DNA of 64,000 nucleotides from an uncultured Alphaproteobacteria bacterium (GTDB taxonomy: Bacteria > Pseudomonadota > Alphaproteobacteria > RF32 > CAG-239), in the NCBI GenBank assembly GCA_944392275.1, contig CALXWA010000004.1:20562-84561 (forward strand). Reading direction: 5' to 3'. Made by a program: the position numbers and the translations under genes. Below, in pieces: positions 8,954 through 18,286 of this stretch (position 1 is its first letter; each line of letters starts with the position of its first letter). The notes below the pieces were generated by a model. It ran no database searches. It worked only from the letters and a program-made list of their open reading frames with translations, and was not told where the DNA came from.

Positions 8954-9330
8954 AAAGAACTATTATGCAAGTATTTACAGATCTATTCTTCTTTGCCACA
9001 CATTTTAATATGGATCCCCAAAAAATCCAATGGTGTATCTTAGAAGACAAAAGCAATCCATGTCGATTTTTACTTGGAATAAAAAACAAAGACTCAAAAA
9101 TCGTCATCAGTGTTGAAGAAAGAAAGTTGCGTCGCCTCAAAAGAGGAAAACTTGTAGCACTTGATGCTATCCTCAAAAAAAACAAAAGAGGATACAAGCT
9201 ACAAAGTATCAAACCACTCGTTGCCACCGGAAAAAAAATAATCCTCTCTTTCAAAGAAAAGGATTTAGCCGATTTGTACTACGACCAATGGTACGACGCA
9301 AGCATGGAACCAAAAAAGCACCGCTCTTAA
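8938..9330 (+). CDS. hypothetical small basic protein
   Basis: 130-aa ORF divergent from the 554-aa orphan; Lys/Arg-rich. Start uncertain: the ATG at 8938 lies inside the palindrome, and alternatives are the ATGs at 8965 and 9010. Confidence 0.4.
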   Translation: MYILSKRTIMQVFTDLFFFATHFNMDPQKIQWCILEDKSNPCRFLLGIKNKDSKIVISVEERKLRRLKRGKLVALDAILKKNKRGYKLQSIKPLVATGKKIILSFKEKDLADLYYDQWYDASMEPKKHRS

Positions 9331-9352
9331 CCAAAAGAGCCGTGCTTTTTTT
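9316..9352 (+). terminator. Rho-independent terminator
   Basis: Imperfect hairpin AAGCACCGCTCTT / AAGAGCCGTGCTT followed by T7. It overlaps the stop codon of the 8938..9330 ORF. Confidence 0.5.
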
Positions 9353-9361
9353 ATTATACTT

Positions 9362-9435
9362 TGGCTGCTTCGCCTGGATTCGAACCAAGATTAACGGAGT
9401 CAGAGTCCGCTGTCCTACCATTAGACGACGAAGCA
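9362..9435 (-). tRNA. tRNA-Gln (anticodon CTG)
   Basis: 74-nt cloverleaf on the minus strand: TGCTTCG acceptor with a U1-A72 pair, anticodon loop CTCTGAC, T-loop TTCGAAT, and 3' GCCA. Confidence 0.85.
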
Positions 9436-9572
9436 ATCTCAAAAACATTGTTTTGTATATACCAACAAAAGATAAAATGCAAACACTTTTTTAGAATAAT
9501 TATACAGACCTTTTTTTAATTTTTTTGTCAAAGTACTTGGAAAATTAAAAAAAATCTGTTACACTGCAAATC

Positions 9573-9902
9573 ATGAGAAGTTTTGGATTAATAATAATAC
9601 TGTTATCTCTTTGCTCATGTGCTTCATATTACTACAAAGGATATGACGAAAATTACTACGCCAGTAATTTTCCGGGTTACCAACACAAACGATACTATTA
9701 CCGAACCTACAAGCCCCAACCGGTCCAAAGTTATCCTATTCCCCAAACGCCCATCAGCGTTCGACCTTTAACAACACAAGATTTTTATATGTTGGATAAT
9801 CATCCGGAAGACTATTTTAATACACAAATGTGGGAAGCATCTTCCGGGATTGGCAGTTATGCCATTCACAATTTTTTTGAAAATATATTTGCCAGATTTT
9901 AA
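9573..9902 (+). CDS. Tyr-rich small lipoprotein, hypothetical
   Basis: Signal peptide with lipobox LSLCSC; mature part rich in Y, P and Q; 109 aa. Confidence 0.5.
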   Translation: MRSFGLIIILLSLCSCASYYYKGYDENYYASNFPGYQHKRYYYRTYKPQPVQSYPIPQTPISVRPLTTQDFYMLDNHPEDYFNTQMWEASSGIGSYAIHNFFENIFARF

Positions 9903-9911
9903 GCAAAAAGC

Positions 9912-9948
9912 TCAAAAAAAAAGCCCCTCAAAAGAGGAGCTTTTTTTA
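9912..9948. terminator. Rho-independent terminator between convergent genes
   Basis: Hairpin AGCCCCTC-AAAA-GAGGAGCT (7 of 8 bp paired), flanked by an A-run and a T7 run. Confidence 0.55.
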
Positions 9949-9959
9949 TACATCCGGAC

Positions 9960-12587
9960 TTAAATCTTACCGTAATAAGCATCCAAATACATCTGTTTAA
10001 TTTCCTTAATCAACGGATAAACAGGATTTGCTCCGGTACACTGATCATCAAAAGCCAATTCCGACAATTCATCCAAACCATCCAAGAAGGTCTTTTCATC
10101 AACCCCCCAAGCCTTGATAGAAGCCGGAATACCAATATCTTTTTTCAGTTTCTCAATAGCTTTGATTAAATGAGCGACTTTTTCTTCGTCATTTTTTCCG
10201 CCCAAATTCAACAAATCAGCAACACGGGCATATCTCTTCCGCCCTTCCGGATAATGGTACTGCGAAAAAGTTCCCTGTTTTGCCGGTTTTTCATTTGAGT
10301 TATATTTAATGACCTGAGAAATCATCAACGCATTGGCAATACCATGCGGAATATTATAAGCACTTCCGAGCTTATGAGCCATCGAGTGGCAAACGCCCAA
10401 GAAAGCTTGTGCAAAGGCCATTCCGGCCATGGTTGCGGCATAGTGCATATTTTCCCGAGCTTTAGGATTATTAGCACCATCATTAACCGATACCGCCAAA
10501 TTCTCAAAAATCATTTTAATTGCTTCCAACGCAATACCGTCGGTAAACGGTGTTGCCATAATAGAAGCCAAAGCCTCTAACGCATGCGTCAAAGAGTCAA
10601 TACCCGATGCCGCCGCCAAACCTCTCGGCATGGTTAAAACCAAATCCGGATCAATAATAGACATATTCGGACTCAAAGCATAATCGGCAATCGGATATTT
10701 AATATGTGTTGCCGAATCCGTAATAACCGCAAACGGTGTAACTTCTGAACCGGTACCCGATGTTGTCGGAATAGCAACCATATAAGCCTTAGAACCCAAA
10801 TCCGGGAACATACAAACACGTTTCCGAATATCCATAAAACGCATTGCCAAATCCTCAAACTTGACTTCCGGATGCTCATACATCAACCATACGATTTTTG
10901 CAGCATCCATCGGAGAACCCCCGCCCAAAGCAATAATAACATCCGGCTCAAAACTTCTGGCCATGACCAAAGCCCGATTAACCGTATCGGTGTCCGGATC
11001 CGGAGCAACTTCCGAAAAGATTTGGAAAGCAATTCCCATTTCTTCCAACACACTGGTAATTTTATTGGTATACCCAAGTTGGAACAAAGATTTATCCGTT
11101 ACAATCAAGGCTTTTTTCTTTCCGCACAATTCACGTAAAGCAAAACCAACGGCTCCTTGCTTAAAATAAATTTTAGGAGGAACTCTGAACCACAACATAT
11201 TTTCGCGTCTTTCTGCAACATTTTTAATATTAATCAAGTGTTTAACTCCTACATTTTCACTGGCCGCATTACCACCCCAAGAACCGCATCCCAAAGTCAA
11301 GGACGGATCCAAACGGAAGTTATACAAATCTCCGATACCTCCTTGAGAAGACGGAGTATTGATCAACAAACGACCGGTTTCAACAATCTTGCTAAAATAC
11401 TCGATTCGATCACGATTGTGGTCCGCCGTATACAAAACAGCCGTATGTCCTCTTCCGGCAAAATCAACCAAAGAAGCCGCATATTGAACACCTTCTTCAA
11501 AAGACTTAACCTTATACATCGCCAAAACCGGGGACAATTTTTCATAAGAAAATTCTTCTTCTTTTCCCACTTTTTGGGCTTCTCCGATCAAAACTTTCGT
11601 ATATTCCGGAACTTTTATACCGGCCATCTCGGCAATTTTGACCGCCGGCTGTCCGACAATGGCAGAGTTGAGCTTTCCACCTTGAATAATCGTCTGAGCA
11701 ACTTTTTCTTTTTCTTTTTTATTCAAGATATAAGCCCCGCGATATTCCAATTCTTCCTTAACGGCATCATAAACATCTTTATGAACAATAATCGATTGTT
11801 CTGAAGCACAAATCATACCGTTATCAAATGTTTTACTCATCAAAACGGAGCTAACAGCCATTTTAATATCAGCGGTTTCATCAATAATAGCAGGAACATT
11901 TCCGGCTCCGACACCTAACGCCGGCTTTCCGGAAGAATAAGCCGATTTAACCATTCCCGGACCACCGGTAGCCAAAATCATATTAATCCCATCATGGCTC
12001 ATCAAATGCTGTGTTAACTCAATTGTCGGATCTTCAATCCACCCGATAATATTTTCCGGAGCTCCGGCTTTAACGGCAGCATCTAATAACAGTTTTGCCG
12101 TATAAACCGTACATTTTTTAGCTCTCGGGTGAGGAGAAAAAATAATACCGTTTCTTGTTTTCAAAGCAATCAAAGTTTTAAAAATTGCCGTAGAAGTCGG
12201 GTTCGTTGTCGGAACAACCCCGGCAATAACGCCCAAAGGTTCGGCAATCTTTGTCAACCCATTGGTAGCATCCCGTTCCAAAATACCACAAGTTTTGGTA
12301 TGACGATATTTATTATAAATTTCTTCTGCGGCAAAATGATTTTTAATAACCTTATCTTCAACCACACCCATTCCGGTTTCTTCAACCGCCATTTTGGCTA
12401 AAGGAATACGAGCCGCATTGGCGGCAATGGCAACCGCCTCAAAAATTTTATCGACCTGTTCTTGCGAATAAGTTGCAAAAACTTTTTGAGCTTCATGTAC
12501 TTTGGCAATGACCGTATTTAAGTCATCAATACTTTTAGCTCCGTTGTCTGCAACAAGATTCGCCTCACAACAAGCTTGTTTTTTCAT
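9960..12587 (-). CDS. adhE: bifunctional acetaldehyde-CoA/alcohol dehydrogenase
   Basis: Full-length ALDH domain plus Fe-ADH domain, co-linear with E. coli AdhE (e.g. IPLAKMAVEETGMGVVEDKVIKNHFAAEEIYNKY). ORF 9960..12617 trimmed to the ATG at 12587 (MKKQACCE...), which has an AGGAGA RBS. Confidence 0.9.
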   Translation of the reverse strand: MKKQACCEANLVADNGAKSIDDLNTVIAKVHEAQKVFATYSQEQVDKIFEAVAIAANAARIPLAKMAVEETGMGVVEDKVIKNHFAAEEIYNKYRHTKTCGILERDATNGLTKIAEPLGVIAGVVPTTNPTSTAIFKTLIALKTRNGIIFSPHPRAKKCTVYTAKLLLDAAVKAGAPENIIGWIEDPTIELTQHLMSHDGINMILATGGPGMVKSAYSSGKPALGVGAGNVPAIIDETADIKMAVSSVLMSKTFDNGMICASEQSIIVHKDVYDAVKEELEYRGAYILNKKEKEKVAQTIIQGGKLNSAIVGQPAVKIAEMAGIKVPEYTKVLIGEAQKVGKEEEFSYEKLSPVLAMYKVKSFEEGVQYAASLVDFAGRGHTAVLYTADHNRDRIEYFSKIVETGRLLINTPSSQGGIGDLYNFRLDPSLTLGCGSWGGNAASENVGVKHLINIKNVAERRENMLWFRVPPKIYFKQGAVGFALRELCGKKKALIVTDKSLFQLGYTNKITSVLEEMGIAFQIFSEVAPDPDTDTVNRALVMARSFEPDVIIALGGGSPMDAAKIVWLMYEHPEVKFEDLAMRFMDIRKRVCMFPDLGSKAYMVAIPTTSGTGSEVTPFAVITDSATHIKYPIADYALSPNMSIIDPDLVLTMPRGLAAASGIDSLTHALEALASIMATPFTDGIALEAIKMIFENLAVSVNDGANNPKARENMHYAATMAGMAFAQAFLGVCHSMAHKLGSAYNIPHGIANALMISQVIKYNSNEKPAKQGTFSQYHYPEGRKRYARVADLLNLGGKNDEEKVAHLIKAIEKLKKDIGIPASIKAWGVDEKTFLDGLDELSELAFDDQCTGANPVYPLIKEIKQMYLDAYYGKI

Positions 12588-12696
12588 AAATTTTCTCCTA
12601 CACAATAAATTTTGCAACGTTAAAAATGTAACATTTAAAATCCGAATTAATAGTTAAAATTTAATAACAAACTGAGTTTTCCGATAACATTTTGTA

Positions 12697-13560
12697 TCAT
12701 TTATTTCTGTTTAAACGCTCCCAACGTTCTTGTTTTTTGCGTTCACGTTCTTCGGCTCTTTGTTTTGCCAATTCGGAAAAGCGAGATTTTCGATTATTTC
12801 TTTCTTCTAAAAGCTTAGCCTTTTTTTCTTCGCGTTTTTTCATACGTTCCCGAGCAAGTTTTTGAAAACGAGAAAGATTTTCTTCTTTCCGTTTTAACTT
12901 TTCCTGCTTTTTCTCTTCTCTTTCCCGTGCTCGTTCATAAGCTTTTTTCCGAAATGATGTTGTCGCTTGAGAACGTTCACGTTTAATCATTTCTTGCTTA
13001 AGTTGAGAGCGTTCTTCCTTAAGAGTTTTAGGCTTGTTTTTTTTGCTTTGTGAAGTGTTAGAAGCCCCCGCCTTCTTAGCACCTTCCTCTTGAGAAGGTT
13101 GACTATTGATTGTCTGCGGTTGTTTTTCCTCTACACTGGGCTGAAGAGTAGCATTTTCCTCTGGCTGAGGCTTAGGAGTAGAATTTTCACCTTCCACATC
13201 AAGAGAGTCTTTCTCTTCATCAGAAGGATTTACGCCCTCTTTTTTTTCATTTTCATTTTGAGGAGAAACATCGGCTAAGTTTTCCGATAAATTATTTTCC
13301 TCTCCTGATACCGGAGCATTTTTCTCAAGAATCTCTGCAGAACCCTCTTGTGGATCCGAATTTTCCTCTTGTTGCAAATTTTCCTGTTGTAATTTTTCTT
13401 CTTGAAGAGCTTCTTGTTTTTCTCTTTTTTCACGGGCTTGCCTTTGCCACATATTTTCCCCGGGAACCCAAGTCGGCTCCACGGCATAAACATCCAATTG
13501 CTTCGCATCAGCGTTAGCAACAATCGCAAACAACGTCAAAAAAGACCAAAAAAACTTCAT
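12697..13560 (-). CDS. secreted low-complexity E/K/Q-rich protein (coiled-coil-like), hypothetical
   Basis: Signal peptide (MKFFWSFLTLFAIVANADA). Acidic Q/E/S/P-rich middle, and a C-terminal array of ER/KK heptad-like repeats. The ORF-track start is a GTG at 13566; the first ATG is at 13560. Confidence 0.5.
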   Translation of the reverse strand: MKFFWSFLTLFAIVANADAKQLDVYAVEPTWVPGENMWQRQAREKREKQEALQEEKLQQENLQQEENSDPQEGSAEILEKNAPVSGEENNLSENLADVSPQNENEKKEGVNPSDEEKDSLDVEGENSTPKPQPEENATLQPSVEEKQPQTINSQPSQEEGAKKAGASNTSQSKKNKPKTLKEERSQLKQEMIKRERSQATTSFRKKAYERAREREEKKQEKLKRKEENLSRFQKLARERMKKREEKKAKLLEERNNRKSRFSELAKQRAEERERKKQERWERLNRNK

Positions 13561-13696
13561 AAACACCTCATTTCAAATATAATCATAAATTCATAAAAAC
13601 AAATGTAAAGACCTCAAACAAAATATACATAGAAAAAAACACAAATTGACATCTTACCCAAAACGTATAAAAATACGCAAAAAAAAGGAGAAACAA

Positions 13697-14092
13697 ATGT
13701 CATACAAACGCGTAGCCGCCGCCATAATCGTTCATAACGGAAAAATATTTATTGCCCAAAGACCGGAAGGAAAATCCTTAGCCCACTATTGGGAACTCCC
13801 CGGCGGCAAACAAGAACAAGGAGAGAGTCTGACCGAATGTTTGCACCGAGAACTATCCGAAGAATTAAATATTGATGCCGTCATTGGCGATTTTTTTATG
13901 CAATCAACCTTCGACTATGACTTTGGAACCATAGAACTCAACGCCTATTTTGCCTTTTTAAAAAATCAAACAGACATAAAATCAAACGAGCATGAAAACA
14001 CCGCTTGGGTAACACCGCAAGAACTTTCGCGTTACCAATTTGCACCGGCAGATATATCAATTATTGAAGCCTTAAAAAAAGCTAAAATTTAA
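13697..14092 (+). CDS. mutT: NUDIX hydrolase, MutT/8-oxo-dGTP diphosphatase-like
   Basis: Nudix box GGKQEQGESLTECLHRELSEELNI. Trimmed to the ATG at 13697, preceded by a GGAG RBS. Confidence 0.75.
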   Translation: MSYKRVAAAIIVHNGKIFIAQRPEGKSLAHYWELPGGKQEQGESLTECLHRELSEELNIDAVIGDFFMQSTFDYDFGTIELNAYFAFLKNQTDIKSNEHENTAWVTPQELSRYQFAPADISIIEALKKAKI

Positions 14093-16134
14093 TTTTTCAT
14101 AGCCAATTGCAAAGCTAAAGAAGCTTTGGTCAAGACAGAGGCATCATAAAGCAAAGCCACTTCTTCATCTCGACTAAGATCCAAAGCAACATTATGGTTA
14201 ATATAGTTTTCAAGCTTAATTTCAGCTTGTTTTAACACTGCGGGGACAAATTCGGGAGCCGGCCCATTTGAAGGCAACATAAAAATATGCAAAGCATTCA
14301 TGACCTTATCATGCAAAATCAATTCAATACCTTTATATTTTTCCTCCAACGCATAAAGTTTTTGCTTAAAACTCCGTGCCAAAACCAAAATCCCCGGCTC
14401 TTGAATTTCCTCCGGAATAATAAAGAACTTGTGATCAAAGCACCATTTTCCGGCCTGTGACCTTGAGGTCAACATTGAAAGAGGCACAGACAAAATTAGC
14501 CCGATTGTTATCGGAGAAATCCACCAAAACAATTCATAGGCATAAAAATAAACAATAACTTCCGTAGAAATTCCAAGCAACGTATGCCACTTATGTCTTT
14601 CCCATGCCAAAGACAAAGATGTTGAAGCATCTTCCCTGTTTTGTGTTTTCCATCCGGCATCTCTTCCGGCAAAAACATCAAACACAAACTTACTTTGAAA
14701 CATCATCATAATCGGAGCCATCAATGCACTGAAAACAATCTCCGTTAACACGGATTTTACGGCCCCGAAAGTTCCCCCGATTTTAGATTTAGAACGATTT
14801 TGCTTCAAATAAACAATCAAGCCTAAAAATTTTGGAAAGATTAACATAAACATAGAAATGACAAATAAAGCAATTGTTCCTAATTTATCAAAAACCGGCC
14901 AAGTCGGAAACAACGTTTTCCCCTCTGTAAAATAAACCGGAGGAAAAAACTCTTTACCCAAAGCAATTGCTAATCCAACCAACAAAAAGCTCAACCACAA
15001 CGGAGAAGACAAATAAGACATAATCCCAATAAGGAAATGGACCCGAGAAACCGGATTCAAGTGCCTGGAAACCAAAATTTTCATATGTTGAATATTTCCC
15101 TGACACCAACGTCTGTCACGTACGGCAAAATCAATCATCGTCGGCGGGCATTCTTCATAACTTCCCTTCAATTCGGGAAGCAACCAAGCATTATATCCGC
15201 CCCGACTAATCAAAGCCGCCTCCACAAAATCATGGCTTAAAATATGCCCGCCAAAAGGAGCCTTACCATCCAAAACCGGCAATCCGCAACACTTCATAAA
15301 AGCCTGCACACGAATAATGGCATTATGCCCCCAATAGTTACTGTCTCCTACTTGCCAATAGGCCAACCCGGCCGCCACAACCGGACCATAAACCTTTCCG
15401 GCAAATTGCTGCATACGAGCAAATAGCGAATGTTGGTTAACACACATTGGCGGAGCTTGAATAATTCCGGCATTTTCGTTGACTTGCATCAACGCCACCA
15501 TTTTCATGATTGTTTTGCCCTCAAGCAAACTATCGGCATCCAAAACAACCATAAAATCGTAATACGCACCCCATTTATGGCAAAAATCCTCAATATTACC
15601 GCTTTTTCTGGCAACATTTTTAGCCCGGCGTCGATAGTAAAGATTAATCCCCTCCGGCATCATCTTTTGCATATCAAGCCAAACTTTTTCTTCCTCAACC
15701 CATAATTTAGGATTGGTCGTATCACTCAAAATAAAAACATCAAAAGCCTTAGCTCCGCCTTCTTTGCTTAAACTTTCGGCAATAGCCAAAACATTCCCGC
15801 CGACACTACGAATATCTTCATTATAAACCGGAGCCAAAATGGCCGTTTTGGTATTGATTTTCACATCTGACGGCGGCCATTTTAAGCCAGGCACATGTTT
15901 TTTACTAAGGAGCTCTAAAAAACCCCATATACTTGAGCAAAAAAACAAAGCAATCCAACCAAAGGTCAAGATAAACAAAAAGATCATCAAAAACTTGGTC
16001 AGAAAATTACTATCCGATGGGATAACCTCAATCCACTTTAAGGTCGCCAAAAGTGTCAAAACTATCATCGAACCGAAAAGTTTAATTCTCCGATTTCGAA
16101 CACGACGAACATTAACAGCCGATACCCCCTGCAT
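14089..16134 (-). CDS. opgH: glucans biosynthesis glucosyltransferase H (GT2 family, polytopic)
   Basis: GT2 catalytic core (VLDADSLLEG...QGNIQHMKIL) flanked by multiple TM helices. About 680 aa. Paired with opgG upstream. Confidence 0.85.
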   Translation of the reverse strand: MQGVSAVNVRRVRNRRIKLFGSMIVLTLLATLKWIEVIPSDSNFLTKFLMIFLFILTFGWIALFFCSSIWGFLELLSKKHVPGLKWPPSDVKINTKTAILAPVYNEDIRSVGGNVLAIAESLSKEGGAKAFDVFILSDTTNPKLWVEEEKVWLDMQKMMPEGINLYYRRRAKNVARKSGNIEDFCHKWGAYYDFMVVLDADSLLEGKTIMKMVALMQVNENAGIIQAPPMCVNQHSLFARMQQFAGKVYGPVVAAGLAYWQVGDSNYWGHNAIIRVQAFMKCCGLPVLDGKAPFGGHILSHDFVEAALISRGGYNAWLLPELKGSYEECPPTMIDFAVRDRRWCQGNIQHMKILVSRHLNPVSRVHFLIGIMSYLSSPLWLSFLLVGLAIALGKEFFPPVYFTEGKTLFPTWPVFDKLGTIALFVISMFMLIFPKFLGLIVYLKQNRSKSKIGGTFGAVKSVLTEIVFSALMAPIMMMFQSKFVFDVFAGRDAGWKTQNREDASTSLSLAWERHKWHTLLGISTEVIVYFYAYELFWWISPITIGLILSVPLSMLTSRSQAGKWCFDHKFFIIPEEIQEPGILVLARSFKQKLYALEEKYKGIELILHDKVMNALHIFMLPSNGPAPEFVPAVLKQAEIKLENYINHNVALDLSRDEEVALLYDASVLTKASLALQLAMKN

Positions 16135-16150
16135 TTCAAATTCTCCGCTA

Positions 16151-16594
16151 TCAAACTATTTTTTTATGATGCAATACCGTCCGCAAAATACTCTTAGGTT
16201 TGGGTGTTACAAAAACCTGCGTCGGCATATTGGCGTATTTATATTGAGGAACAACAAAAAGCCTATGCTCATCAATATTTTTTTGCAAAAGAAGAGATTT
16301 TTCCTGCCCGCAAAAAAAATCATAGCCACAATCAGTCGAAAGATTTTGTGTCAAAAACAAATATTTAATCAAAGCAACTTGTTGCTCAGCATCCAAATTT
16401 TCATCGGCAAAATATTGTTGAGCTTTCCGCTTTGCAAATTGCGTTAAAAACGACATAATATCCTGTCCGGAGCTTTTATGATACGCATCAACCAAAAAGG
16501 CTACAATCTTGTCACAACCCTTTTCTTCAATCCCCATTTCTGACAAAAAGGCTCCAACAATATCTTCGGCACTCTGAATTTTTATGGCAACCAT
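16151..16594 (-). CDS. hypothetical protein encoded between opgG and opgH
   Basis: 147-aa ORF overlapping the opgG 3' end by 13 nt. No recognisable motif and no TM segment. Confidence 0.35.
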   Translation of the reverse strand: MVAIKIQSAEDIVGAFLSEMGIEEKGCDKIVAFLVDAYHKSSGQDIMSFLTQFAKRKAQQYFADENLDAEQQVALIKYLFLTQNLSTDCGYDFFCGQEKSLLLQKNIDEHRLFVVPQYKYANMPTQVFVTPKPKSILRTVLHHKKIV

Positions 16595-18156
16595 TGATAA
16601 CTCCAGACCTCAGAAACAACCTTGCCTTTATATTTTAAGACAACCCGCAATTCAGAAACATCTCGATCCGGCTGAAAGTCCAAATAAACTCTCGGAGCTT
16701 TTGTAATCGGATTAATCATTAAATGCTGTCCCTTAATTACACCTTTGCTAGCAGAAATTTCTGCGGTTAATTCACCGTTTTTAATCAGTTCATCAGCATT
16801 TTTCAATGGTCCGTCAACAAAATCAATAACAAATTTTCTCTTATCGTTTTCCAGCATTCCGGAAACACCGCCAACACCGGTATACGTAGAGGCAACCTTA
16901 AACAAACCGTTTTGAATCGGCACCTGCCAAGCCCAATGGAGACGATAAGAAAATTGATATTCATGTCCTTCTTTGATTTTCCGTTCCGGAACAAAAAAGG
17001 CAACAATATTATCATGGATTTCTTGCTGAGAAGGAATTTCAACCAATTGAATAATCCCTTTGCCCCAATTTTCCAAAGGCTCTACCCACACACTGGGACG
17101 CAACTCGTAAAAAGCTTCAAAATCTTGATAATGATCCGAATCTCTGTCTCTTTGCATCAAACCAAAACCTTTGGGATTATCATCAACAAACGAGCTAATC
17201 CGTAAATGTTTGGAATTATCAAGCGGCCGCCACAACCATTCATCATTTCCGTTCCATACCAAAAGCCCATCGCTGTCATGAACTTCGGGGCGATGATCAT
17301 CAAACTGATATTTGTTATTTTCACCAAACAAAAACATTGAAGTTAACGGAGCAACCCCTAACTTTTCAATATCTCTTCTCGGAAACAAAACCGCGTTAAC
17401 ATCAACGGTTGTGGATAATCCGGGTTGTATAATAAAACTATAAGCTCCCGTAATACTTGGACTGTCAAGCAAAGCATATAACTTAATTTCAGCGGCCCCT
17501 TCTTTAGGCTTTTCAATCCAAAATTCTTTAAAAATCGGAAATTCTTCTCCAATCTGCAGTGCCGTATTAATTGCCAACCCCCGAGCCGAAAGACCGTATT
17601 TTTGCCCCTGCCCTAACGCTCTGAAATAGCTGGCTCCCAAGAAAGAAATCAACTCATCATAATAAGATTCGGTATTAAGCGGATAATGCAACCGAAAACC
17701 GGCATAGCCGATTTTTGCAAACTCTTCGGTATTTAATTTATTTTTACCATAGTCAAAAAAAGCCGGAGAATATTGGATACGACGAACTTTTCCGTTCTCA
17801 ATTTCATTAATTTTTACCGAATTTTGGAAAATAAACCCTAAATGGAAAAGTTGCATTTCAAACGGCAAAGACTTTCCGTACCACGGACCGTTTTCACGAA
17901 CAAAGCGAATATCGCGGTATTGATCATAATCCAAATTTTTCAAACTTCCGGGCAAATCAGAAGCCGGCCCCACATAAGCTTTCCGAGCCAAATCCTTTGC
18001 CAAAGCCGTAATCTGTTCACTGGCAAAATTTCCCTTATCAACCGTAACACTCTTTGTTTTTGTGTTAACAACATACCACCACACTCCGCCGGCAAGAGCC
18101 ATCGCCAACAAAAGTCCTGTTCCGATTTTTAATCCTGTTTTAATTTTTCGATTCAT
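16582..18156 (-). CDS. opgG: periplasmic glucan biosynthesis protein OpgG/MdoG family
   Basis: Signal/TM N-terminus and MdoG-like sequence throughout (FRLHYPLN..., WVEPLENWGKG...). 524 aa. Confidence 0.85.
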   Translation of the reverse strand: MNRKIKTGLKIGTGLLLAMALAGGVWWYVVNTKTKSVTVDKGNFASEQITALAKDLARKAYVGPASDLPGSLKNLDYDQYRDIRFVRENGPWYGKSLPFEMQLFHLGFIFQNSVKINEIENGKVRRIQYSPAFFDYGKNKLNTEEFAKIGYAGFRLHYPLNTESYYDELISFLGASYFRALGQGQKYGLSARGLAINTALQIGEEFPIFKEFWIEKPKEGAAEIKLYALLDSPSITGAYSFIIQPGLSTTVDVNAVLFPRRDIEKLGVAPLTSMFLFGENNKYQFDDHRPEVHDSDGLLVWNGNDEWLWRPLDNSKHLRISSFVDDNPKGFGLMQRDRDSDHYQDFEAFYELRPSVWVEPLENWGKGIIQLVEIPSQQEIHDNIVAFFVPERKIKEGHEYQFSYRLHWAWQVPIQNGLFKVASTYTGVGGVSGMLENDKRKFVIDFVDGPLKNADELIKNGELTAEISASKGVIKGQHLMINPITKAPRVYLDFQPDRDVSELRVVLKYKGKVVSEVWSYQWLP

Positions 18157-18224
18157 ATTCCTCGTCCGATTGCAATTTTCTACTCAGTATATCAATCTAC
18201 TTTAAACAAAAAGTCAATCGGTTT

Positions 18225-18261
18225 AAAAGAAAAAAAGAGAAGCGGGTTTCAACCGCTTCTC
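18225..18261 (-). terminator. Rho-independent terminator
   Basis: Perfect 9-bp stem GAGAAGCGG / CCGCTTCTC with a 7-nt loop, followed on the minus strand by a T-run. It lies 3' of the small gene 18287..18511. Confidence 0.7.
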
Positions 18262-18286
18262 AAAATAGAAAATTTTTTCCTTTAAT

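Noticed and set aside
9251-9494. Two ORF-track ORFs (9251..9448 on the minus strand, 9288..9494 on the plus strand) next to the 130-aa gene
   Set aside because: They are laid over the tRNA-Gln gene and its terminator. They have no ribosome-binding site and are artefacts of six-frame translation.
10325-11804. Several 60-215-aa ORFs on both strands inside adhE
   Set aside because: They are embedded in a gene with end-to-end AdhE homology. None has a ribosome-binding site or a motif.
12618-12696. Near-palindrome AACGTTAAAAATGTAACATTTAAAA upstream of adhE, as a possible Rex or FNR operator
   Set aside because: It is imperfect and matches neither the TTGTGAA-N4-TTCACAA nor the TTGAT-N4-ATCAA consensus. 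It is AT-rich DNA where such near-symmetry is common. Noted only as a candidate.
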